From Oceanococcus sp. (GTDB taxonomy: Bacteria > Pseudomonadota > Gammaproteobacteria > Nevskiales > Oceanococcaceae): DNA of 24,000 bases. Shown in pieces: positions 14,807 to 21,794 of this stretch; position 1 is the first letter of the stretch, and each line of letters starts with the position of its first letter. A program made the translations under genes and the position numbers. The stretch is taken from assembly GCA_041625325.1 (NCBI GenBank), contig JBFJTN010000007.1, forward strand, positions 15,425-39,424, read 5' to 3'. The notes beneath the pieces are model-generated. The model was given only the letters and a program-made list of their open reading frames with translations, had not been told where the DNA came from and ran no database searches.

Positions 14807-15586
14807 TCAGCCATGAGATCCAGCGAGGGGCTTCGAACCGAGTTCAGGACTGGCGTCGCTTCCGACGACGCGACTGAGTTCAGTAATCCTACGGAGCATC
14901 TGAACCAACAGCCCTCCAGCCGCAAAGGCAGACCAACCGAGAAGTACGAACCCCCAGTGTATGGGTGCTGCGAAGAGTTCTTCCGCATAGAAGAAGGTAT
15001 GCCCCCACTCATTCAGGCCAAGGTTCGGCATGATCATGACCGGCCCTGCCACCACCAAAGCGAATGAAACGGAAATTCGATTTGCAAACTCCGGCAACCT
15101 GGTACGCGCATACACGAATGAAGTCATCGCGCTGATGATGAAGCACGGAATACCGAAGTAGAAAAGGACGATGTGAGTCGGCGTGAAATCCGTGTCCCTG
15201 ACCGTCACCTGATGCCACGCGGCATCGGCCTCGGTGAAGGGTGATGCCACAAGGTAGGCGATCAGCCCGAACATCAGTACCAGACTGAGCAGCACCAGAT
15301 ATCGACGTAGCTCTTCCGCCGGTTTCAGAGCATCCAGATTTTTGTCACGTGTCCAGTACAGCCAGCCAGCAATGCCGGCTCCGATCGCAGTGAGCACGGG
15401 CAGCTGAATGTAAAGAAGAGTCATCCAGTATTTCTGGAATTCCGGCGAAAAATAGTCGAGCCCGACAGTGAAAGAAGTCGCATGCTGATAAATGCGATAC
15501 ATCCCGAACACAACCCCGACGAAAAGTACCGCCATGAAAAATTTTGCCCAGGGTGCGCCTGGTGATTGGTAGTTCGTTTCAGACAT
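14807..15586 (-). CDS. pmoC: copper membrane monooxygenase subunit C (PmoC/AmoC family)
   Basis: The track ORF starts at 15673. ATG 15586 (MSETNYQSPGAPW..) is preferred, with AGGAGA 7 nt upstream, giving 259 aa. Motifs: GLDYFSPEFQKYWM, EADAAWHQVTVRDTDFTPTH (D-x3-H-x12-H), NEWGHTFFYAEELFAAPIHWGF (N-x3-H-x13-H). Confidence 0.92.
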   Translation of the reverse strand: MSETNYQSPGAPWAKFFMAVLFVGVVFGMYRIYQHATSFTVGLDYFSPEFQKYWMTLLYIQLPVLTAIGAGIAGWLYWTRDKNLDALKPAEELRRYLVLLSLVLMFGLIAYLVASPFTEADAAWHQVTVRDTDFTPTHIVLFYFGIPCFIISAMTSFVYARTRLPEFANRISVSFALVVAGPVMIMPNLGLNEWGHTFFYAEELFAAPIHWGFVLLGWSAFAAGGLLVQMLRRITELSRVVGSDASPELGSKPLAGSHG

Positions 15587-15644
15587 GTCGTTTTCTCCTA
15601 GAGATTGCACCGAGCTGCTCGCCTGATATTTTTCAGACACTGCG

Positions 15645-15673
15645 ACTGTACACCGGCCGTCGCAATGAGTCAA
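15645..15673 (-). promoter_or_regulatory. candidate sigma70 promoter of the CuMMO operon: TTGACT-N17-TACAGT
   Basis: On the minus strand, the -35 TTGACT is at 15673-15668, followed by a 17-nt spacer and the -10 TACAGT at 15650-15645. The predicted 5' UTR to ATG 15586 is about 50 nt. Confidence 0.4.
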
Positions 15674-15696
15674 TAGCGTCTAGCATTACTATACAT
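15673..15696 (-). promoter_or_regulatory. shared regulatory motif, site B (minus strand ATGTATAGTAATgctagacGCTAT), abutting the -35 of the pmoC promoter
   Basis: TGTATAGTAA is identical to site C and GACGCTAT is identical to site A. The two halves are separated by a 7-nt insertion relative to A and C. Confidence 0.45.
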
Positions 15697-15812
15697 AGTG
15701 GGCACCGCCATATCCCAGCCGCCTGGCTGTGCGAGCAGGAACCAAACTTTTCCGGGACACCACCACGATGTGGCGAAGGAGCGTTTGTTGATGAGCCGTC
15801 ATGGAAGGCCGT

Positions 15813-16586
15813 TCAAGCGAACTGGGTATCCGACGTTTTCGAAAGAGGAGCTGGCTCCACCGACTCCGTCCGTTCCAAAAATGACTGCACATAGGCCTTC
15901 AACTTCCGCTGGTGAACAATGCTGAATATTGCATTGACCGCAGGAATGACAACTTCGACCAAGTTCCCTACCTCATCGGCCGACAGTGTTTGAATACGCT
16001 CCCGAAGGATGCTGATCTCGCGCTCCACCACCTGATCCGCGACCTCATAGATGAAAAACAGATCCTTCGGGCTGAAGCCTCGGTCCTCGCGGAGCCCCGC
16101 ATCACGAATTTTCAACCAGAGTCGAGTAATCTCCACATCAGATTCCGTGGCGACCCCGCTCTTGGCCAAGTAAAGGAAATCGCGCAATTCCTTCTGCTCA
16201 CGCCGGGACAAGCCCATCTCGCTCGCAAGTTCGCTCGGACTCGTATCCACAGGCAGATCCCCCTGATCCTGAATCAGGCGACTCCGGATCCCCGCGAGGA
16301 TGTCAAGTTGAGTCTTCGAAAATTCATAATCTTTCGAGCCCTGCAGCAAACTTTTGATCGCCTTGAGTGGCAAGAACCTCTCGTGCTGAAGCTTCTGGAT
16401 CAGCTGAAGCGTCTCCAGGTGACGATCCGAATACCAACCCAGATTTCGCGAAGTCTTGACCGGCGGGGGCAACAACCCCTCTTTCATGTAAAAGTGAATG
16501 GCTTGTCGGCTGAAACCGGATTTCGCCATAACCTCACTGATCTTATAGGGATGCCCAGGGGGTCCGACAGCCTTCTTTCTACTCAT
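15813..16586 (-). CDS. MerR-family transcriptional regulator with a long Cys-free C-terminal domain
   Basis: 257 aa. HTH YKISEVMAKSGFSRQAIHFYMKEGLLPPP...GWYSDRHLETLQLIQKLQ. Strong RBS GAGGAG. The roughly 170-aa helical C-terminal extension contains no cysteine. Confidence 0.85.
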   Translation of the reverse strand: MSRKKAVGPPGHPYKISEVMAKSGFSRQAIHFYMKEGLLPPPVKTSRNLGWYSDRHLETLQLIQKLQHERFLPLKAIKSLLQGSKDYEFSKTQLDILAGIRSRLIQDQGDLPVDTSPSELASEMGLSRREQKELRDFLYLAKSGVATESDVEITRLWLKIRDAGLREDRGFSPKDLFFIYEVADQVVEREISILRERIQTLSADEVGNLVEVVIPAVNAIFSIVHQRKLKAYVQSFLERTESVEPAPLSKTSDTQFA

Positions 16587-16616
16587 GCTCCTCTCGCGGC
16601 AATCTCAGCATTTCAC

Positions 16617-17591
16617 TCAGGGCCAATTATAGTCCCTCACCCCTGAATAGGTAGAAGCAAAAATCCTGCCACCGTGCATCAAAAGTCCGGTCAATGTTGA
16701 AGACTCATCGGTGGTTCCATCGACATCCAGATCGAGGTGATTCACATGGATTTTCCCTTCCCGCCTGCGCAACTCGAATACATCCCGTCCTGCAGCAAGC
16801 AGCACTTCCCCTGATGGTCCCGATTGTCCGCCAAATACGGATTTTGTCGTCCCCAGATCGACAGATTCCCAGGCACCGTCAATCGGTTCGACCGCGAAAA
16901 ATGTGCTGCCTCGCATCCCGGCGACAACGGCCCCGTGTTGCCCTGCCGGCACAATGGTGAACAAGGAGCCGTCGTACCCCACGTTTCCGACGCGCCACTG
17001 AGTACCGTCGGTTGAATGGGCGAACATGCCCATTTCACCCACCAGCAGGAGTGACCCATCATTGAGTTGACGCAACGTGTTGAGATGCGGGGGAAGGTCC
17101 TGAAACTCTTCCACATCAACAGGACCCCATGTGCCACCGCCATCTACTGACCGAAGGAACAGACCGAAGGCACCGACGGCAAAGCCCTCCCTTTCATTCA
17201 GGAAAAACACATCGAGAAATGGCTTGTTCAGATCTGGATGCCGATGAACGATCCGCCAGGTCAGACCACCATCCTTCGTCCTGAGAATGACCGCATCGTG
17301 GCCCACGGCCCAACCATCCTTTCCGATCAGATGCACAGCATTGAGCAGTGTACTGACCGGGCTGGGAACCTGGCGCCAAGCACCCTCTGCATCAGACCGG
17401 CGAAGAATAATGCCGCGTTCACCGACGCCCACAACCACTCCCTGGCTGGCGCTCACATCATTTATCTGGGCGGAAAGCGCCAATGGCATGATCACGGATG
17501 GAATCGCCTCGCTGGCGCTCACACCGAGCCAGGCCGGCGCCATTATCGAGATGCATAGCGTGAAAGCGATTTTTTTCTGACGACTGAACAT
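16617..17591 (-). CDS. secreted BNR/Asp-box beta-propeller protein (Ycf48-like)
   Basis: 324 aa with a signal peptide (KKIAFTLCISIMAPAWLGVSA/SEA). Repeated Asp-box-like elements: KDGGLTWRIV, VDGGGTWGPV, TDGTQWRV. RBS GAGGTG. Confidence 0.7.
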   Translation of the reverse strand: MFSRQKKIAFTLCISIMAPAWLGVSASEAIPSVIMPLALSAQINDVSASQGVVVGVGERGIILRRSDAEGAWRQVPSPVSTLLNAVHLIGKDGWAVGHDAVILRTKDGGLTWRIVHRHPDLNKPFLDVFFLNEREGFAVGAFGLFLRSVDGGGTWGPVDVEEFQDLPPHLNTLRQLNDGSLLLVGEMGMFAHSTDGTQWRVGNVGYDGSLFTIVPAGQHGAVVAGMRGSTFFAVEPIDGAWESVDLGTTKSVFGGQSGPSGEVLLAAGRDVFELRRREGKIHVNHLDLDVDGTTDESSTLTGLLMHGGRIFASTYSGVRDYNWP

Positions 17592-17621
17592 AAAACGGGC
17601 ACCTCGCGCCTGGAGCGCAAT

Positions 17622-20165
17622 CTAGAACTGATACTTGACGAAAAAGCCCAGGTTATCCCTGTCCTGATACAGGTTGTGCTGCCCAGCCCCCCAAAAAGCG
17701 TTGTAGGTGAGGTTGAGCGACAGAGACTCCTGGTAGCGAAGTTCAAGGATGGTGAAGAGCTGATTGCGTCCTTCAACAAAGTTGCCGCCAGGCCCGGGGG
17801 CATTACCCTGGATATCCGTCTGCCAGATCAGGAGCGGCGCAATGCTGATACCCGGCAGAACGGATTCATATCGAGTCAGGGCAACCAGGCGGTACCCCCA
17901 AGAAAACTCGTCAGCAAATGCTTCACGAGGAGCTTGGAATGGATTGAACCTCAAGCCATCGGGGCCAAAACTGCATGTTTCAGTAGCCGCACAGGCCAGC
18001 CGTGAGCGGTCGGCGCCACTACCATCGGCGCCCGCGCTCGCATGAGTGGTGGAAGACAAGGGCCCCTCAATCTGCAACTCATCGAAGCTGGGCATGTTGC
18101 TGACCCAGGTCGCAGCCAGTTCATGAAGCAGAATGACCTGATCTGCGCCGACCCAGTTCTCGGAGCCGCCAAGCACGCGGGTGGCCCCCAGATTGAACTG
18201 GAATACCTTCCCCGGAATCCAGCCCTGGATATAACTTTCGGGTGGCGTCTCGCCGAGCGGAATGTTTCGGTAGGCCTCAAGGAAACTTGGGAAGGAACGC
18301 CGGGAGCCCGGCACTGAGCCCACAGCGAGATTGATCGTGTCGAAACGGGGATGCTCACCGTTCTCATCAATGTAATCGTTGCGCGGGTACAGCGAATACG
18401 TGCTTCCGCCATCCTCGGTAAAGCCCAGCGTATTCGTGCTCCCCGCGCATTGAATATCCTCGTGATCGCAGCGCGAAAGGGACGGCCCCAGAGCGGTAAA
18501 CAGCACGTCAACCAAAGCAACCTGAAGCGGCACGTTGGGACGATAGGACAACTCGCCCTGGAAAGAATACTCGCCATAGGTGGTGTTGAAACTGACGCCA
18601 TACATCTGCAGGTCTTCCGGATACTCCAACAATACGTCCGGCTGGTCCAGCGGGACCACATTGGAGAACGGCTGGCCGGGCTTGGGAGTCAGCAAGCCTG
18701 CGAGACCAGTCAGAATCCCGGCCGGAGAAGTGATGCCCTGTTCTGCCGCCCCGAGATCATTCGCACCAACTGCCGGACTCAGAGCCAGCAACTCCCCGAG
18801 ATCTGTCACCAACTGCTCGACCCCGAGCGTAGAGCTGGACAAGGGCAGGTTATCGCAGACCTCGAGCAACTCGAAAGTATTTGTCGCATCAACTCCTGCC
18901 GCATTTCCTTCACGGCGGGCACAACTGGCGGTAGCCGAAATCGCACTGACATAGGGCAGCTTCGAGTGATAATTCATAAAGTAAAACCCGAAACCAGTCC
19001 CGTTATTCAACTCCTCGGCATAATAGTTGAGCGAAATACCGAATTGTCCCTGATCCCTCGGATTGCGATCAGCGATGCGATCAATTGTTGCCGAAGTATT
19101 CGCAATTGTGGTGAGCGGGTTATTGAGCGGAAATCCGACACGCTCGGTATCGATAGCCGAACCACCAAAGCTGGCATTGACGGTATCTTCTAGGTTATAC
19201 GTCCCCAGATCGGCGAATGACATCAGGCTTCCGGGGGTGGGAATCTCAATAGGCTCCCATTCGTATTGATAGTAAGCGTCCATCGACACGCCACCAAACA
19301 GAGGCATGGAAATGCGCGCCATACCGACCGGGGAGAACAGTTCCTCAAGCAGGCCAAAACCGATGCGATAGAGGCTGTTGACGTTTACCGGGTTGGCCTG
19401 GTTGATACTGTTGATGACAGCGACAGTGCTTTCGCCCCAGTTGATCTGCTGACGCCCAATACGGACCAATGCGACCCGATCTCCCGGCAACTCAAAAGTT
19501 CCGAAGATGTTGGCATCCAGCAAGTCGTAGCGCATGCCCAACTGACCGAGTGCTTCATCATCCTCACGAATGGCACGCACGGGAGCGCCGGCACCATAAA
19601 CAACGGGCAGGTATCGATTCTCGATCAGGTTTCCAGTCGGTCCCGGCGTGTCGGCGAATGCGACTTCGTCAGCATTCTCCGGAGTAATGGCATTCGGCTG
19701 ATTGGTCACAAAATCCTTGTAATTCGTATGATCGTAAATCGCGACCGTGCGGAGAAACAGCCCGAACTCACCTGAAGTAATGGTCAAATCCTGATTGAAC
19801 TTGAATGCCGCCTGCGTGATGTCGCCCTTGTCATAGAACAGATTGCCATCATCGAAGTTGTTTGATGCCATCCCCGGGGAGCGCGCAAGCTGCTCCGCCG
19901 GGTAGTTTTGCAGTCTGTGCAAACCCTGGCATGCCTGGTAGACCCCCCCACAAACATTCGGGTTGAGGCTGCCCTTGCCGACCAGATAATCCTTTCTGTC
20001 CTCGATACGCCACTGGGCGCCCAAGGTTGCCGTATTGTTCAGAACGGCCTGGAACGGTTGATCAAGCAGGCTGAAACTGAATGTCGCAGCAAAAGCCGAA
20101 GGTACTGCCGCAACCGCGCCGAACAGCGCCAGCAGCCCGTGCGAAACGGAACGTTTTACTGTCAT
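17622..20165 (-). CDS. DUF1302-family outer-membrane protein, unusually long (847 aa)
   Basis: The track ORF starts at 20219. ATG 20165 is preferred, with GAGGAGA 8 nt upstream. Signal peptide MTVKRSVSHGLLALFGAVAAVPSAFA/ATF. Family-like segments TLGAQWRIEDR and VALVRIGRQQINWGESTVAVINSINQANP, recalled from memory of DUF1302 consensus. The C-terminal ..FFVKYQF is typical of OM barrels. Confidence 0.7.
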   Translation of the reverse strand: MTVKRSVSHGLLALFGAVAAVPSAFAATFSFSLLDQPFQAVLNNTATLGAQWRIEDRKDYLVGKGSLNPNVCGGVYQACQGLHRLQNYPAEQLARSPGMASNNFDDGNLFYDKGDITQAAFKFNQDLTITSGEFGLFLRTVAIYDHTNYKDFVTNQPNAITPENADEVAFADTPGPTGNLIENRYLPVVYGAGAPVRAIREDDEALGQLGMRYDLLDANIFGTFELPGDRVALVRIGRQQINWGESTVAVINSINQANPVNVNSLYRIGFGLLEELFSPVGMARISMPLFGGVSMDAYYQYEWEPIEIPTPGSLMSFADLGTYNLEDTVNASFGGSAIDTERVGFPLNNPLTTIANTSATIDRIADRNPRDQGQFGISLNYYAEELNNGTGFGFYFMNYHSKLPYVSAISATASCARREGNAAGVDATNTFELLEVCDNLPLSSSTLGVEQLVTDLGELLALSPAVGANDLGAAEQGITSPAGILTGLAGLLTPKPGQPFSNVVPLDQPDVLLEYPEDLQMYGVSFNTTYGEYSFQGELSYRPNVPLQVALVDVLFTALGPSLSRCDHEDIQCAGSTNTLGFTEDGGSTYSLYPRNDYIDENGEHPRFDTINLAVGSVPGSRRSFPSFLEAYRNIPLGETPPESYIQGWIPGKVFQFNLGATRVLGGSENWVGADQVILLHELAATWVSNMPSFDELQIEGPLSSTTHASAGADGSGADRSRLACAATETCSFGPDGLRFNPFQAPREAFADEFSWGYRLVALTRYESVLPGISIAPLLIWQTDIQGNAPGPGGNFVEGRNQLFTILELRYQESLSLNLTYNAFWGAGQHNLYQDRDNLGFFVKYQF

Positions 20166-20221
20166 TAATTCATCTCCTCGGAAAATGGCGTCGGGGCACC
20201 CTCCCCGACGCCATGGCAACC

Positions 20222-21577
20222 CTATTTGGAAGCTTTGCGCTGGACCGAACTGGCTTCGAAGAACTTCTCGTCATACTTGACGGTCGTGTCGTAAGGCTGG
20301 TCTTCGTTAAACATGGCCGTCACGAAATAGCGCCCGGAATTGAAGTGATAAATAACTTCCGGAACCGTGGAGGAGGCCAGCACAGCCTGAAACTGAACGA
20401 GGTGACCTTCCTGGAACTGCATCAACTGACCCTGATGATCGTAGTCATCGATCATCACGATGTTCCAGGTGTCCTCATCGAAATACATGGTGCGCTTGCT
20501 GAACGTATGACGCTGATCTGGCTTGTTCTCCGCCTCCACAACCCACACGCGATGTAGTTCATAGCGTGGTAGATTCTGGTTGATATGGCCTGGACCAGCG
20601 ATGTCCGCATACTTCACTGAATTACCGGCAATCTTGTACGAGTTGTAAGGAATCAGCATTTCTCGCTTGCCCAGCAGCTTCCAGGTGAAACGTTCCAGGA
20701 CGCCGTTGTACATGTCGACCTGATCGTAAAACTGGTGACCATCCGTTCCCTCGTAGGGGTTGTCGCAGCAGACAGCTGGCGCCCTGCGAATCCTTTTCAA
20801 GGCCGGCGCGTACAGCCAGGCCGCGCGACCTTCTGGACCGAAACCGGCTTTTTCGTGCACCAGAATGTAGGTGCCCGCAATGCGCGGCGGAGAGATGGTC
20901 TGGGACAAGTAGCGGATGAATGTCGTGCCGGGAAGCAATTCGGCCGGATCGGGGTTGATGATGCTCGCGTAATCGAATTGCACATCCTCAACGATCTTGG
21001 TCAAGGAAAACTTTCCATCCGGCTGCACGATCATCTGATTGTTGTAGCGACGGATATTCTCACCACGCCACTTGGAACGATGGTTCCAGGGCAACTCCGC
21101 CCCGCTCCGGGGAATCGGGAAAGGGAACCCCACATACGCGCCCCGCGGGTTGTCCACACCTTCAAGCGATGCCCGCGTGGCGTTTTTCATGGTCTCTTCC
21201 TTGATCTTGTCAGGGAAATTGGCCACGCGACGCGTCGGATAGACAATCATTTTGTAGGTTTCAGGGTACCTCCGGAACAGTTCTTTGTGACCCGCAGACA
21301 ACTTGTCAGCGTGTTGCGCGAGATTCGCGGAGGACACGAGGTATGCTGGCCTATCAGCTTCGACTTCCGGATTCGAAGGGAATTCTCCGCTGAGCTTTCC
21401 GAAAGCCTCGATTGGCGTCCACTCCGGAATGCTTCCATCCTTGTTACCAGCCCGCTCCGCGCCGACAGGTGTCAGCGACTTGCCCAGCTCAGCCGCTTCG
21501 TCGGCGCTCACGCCCGCCAGAGCTGTTCCAGGGGCGGCTGCCAGCGCCGCCAAAAAAAGCCAATTGCCTCGTCTCAT
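20222..21577 (-). CDS. DUF1329-family periplasmic/outer-membrane-associated protein (LolA-like fold family)
   Basis: 451 aa. Signal peptide MRRGNWLFLAALAAAPGTALA/GVS. N-terminal AAELGKSLTPVGAERAGNKDGSIPEW matches my recollection of the DUF1329 consensus. RBS GGAGAG. Confidence 0.75.
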   Translation of the reverse strand: MRRGNWLFLAALAAAPGTALAGVSADEAAELGKSLTPVGAERAGNKDGSIPEWTPIEAFGKLSGEFPSNPEVEADRPAYLVSSANLAQHADKLSAGHKELFRRYPETYKMIVYPTRRVANFPDKIKEETMKNATRASLEGVDNPRGAYVGFPFPIPRSGAELPWNHRSKWRGENIRRYNNQMIVQPDGKFSLTKIVEDVQFDYASIINPDPAELLPGTTFIRYLSQTISPPRIAGTYILVHEKAGFGPEGRAAWLYAPALKRIRRAPAVCCDNPYEGTDGHQFYDQVDMYNGVLERFTWKLLGKREMLIPYNSYKIAGNSVKYADIAGPGHINQNLPRYELHRVWVVEAENKPDQRHTFSKRTMYFDEDTWNIVMIDDYDHQGQLMQFQEGHLVQFQAVLASSTVPEVIYHFNSGRYFVTAMFNEDQPYDTTVKYDEKFFEASSVQRKASK

Positions 21578-21648
21578 GCTGTCTCTCCACTGTGATTCCG
21601 ATTCCGCGCACCCAGCTTCGGGAGCACCCTCTGCCTGATGTGCGAATG

Positions 21649-21679
21649 TTGCATAGTGTTACTATACACGGTATATAAT
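21649..21679 (+). promoter_or_regulatory. candidate promoter of the RND gene, TTGCAT-N19-TATAAT, with shared motif site C (21653-21669, ATAGTGTTACTATACAC) inside the spacer
   Basis: Read directly: -35 at 21649-21654, -10 at 21674-21679. The spacer carries the dyads ATAGT-gtt-ACTAT and GTGT-tactat-ACAC. An alternative reading is TTGCAT-N17-TATATA. Confidence 0.4.
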
Positions 21680-21794
21680 CACAGCGGCGCTGGCAGATCA
21701 AGCCGTCTGGTCGATTTCGTAAGATTTGCCGATGTCGCATCGCCTTGCAGCTGCCAGCCGATCAGTCATTTACCTCCCAATCGGGGACGAACTC

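Noticed and set aside
12078-15586. Labelling the operon as methane monooxygenase (methanotrophy) or ammonia monooxygenase (nitrification)
   Set aside because: Sequence motifs establish only the CuMMO family. No C1-assimilation, methanol dehydrogenase or hydroxylamine-oxidation genes are present in the window, and the neighbours point to hydrocarbon and fatty-acid metabolism. Substrate assignment needs phylogeny and experiments.
12659-15586. Apparent GC dip (spot counts of about 40-53 % versus about 55-57 % in the flanks) as evidence of horizontal transfer of the CuMMO genes
   Set aside because: It is based on a handful of hand-counted 60-nt lines. Polytopic membrane proteins are enriched in AT-richer Phe/Ile/Leu/Tyr codons. 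No flanking mobile-element genes, tRNA or direct repeats were seen. It needs a sliding-window GC and codon-usage calculation.
15587-15673. 29-codon N-terminal extension of the pmoC ORF (MTHCDGRCTVAVSEKYQ...)
   Set aside because: The internal ATG at 15586 has an AGGAGA RBS at ideal spacing and gives a normal PmoC length. The extension would also overlap the predicted promoter. Similar track extensions were trimmed at 5830 to 5818, 8647 to 8668, 9093 to 9141, 12662 to 12659 and 20219 to 20165.
15813-16586. CueR-like copper sensing by the MerR regulator, given the many copper proteins nearby
   Set aside because: The protein contains no cysteine, so the CueR/MerR-type thiolate metal site is impossible.
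15912-16646. 244-aa + strand ORF
   Set aside because: It is antisense to the MerR gene, which has a clear HTH and a strong RBS. The + frame shows no family features.
18351-19193. 280-aa + strand ORF (and other + ORFs from 17676 to 20557)
   Set aside because: They are antisense to the DUF1302 gene, whose frame has a signal peptide, family motifs and a terminal Phe. The + ORFs are Arg/Gln/Ile-rich with no features.
20735-21595. 286-aa + strand ORF
   Set aside because: It is antisense to the DUF1329 gene, which has a signal peptide and a conserved N-terminal motif. I treat it as a GC-driven open frame.
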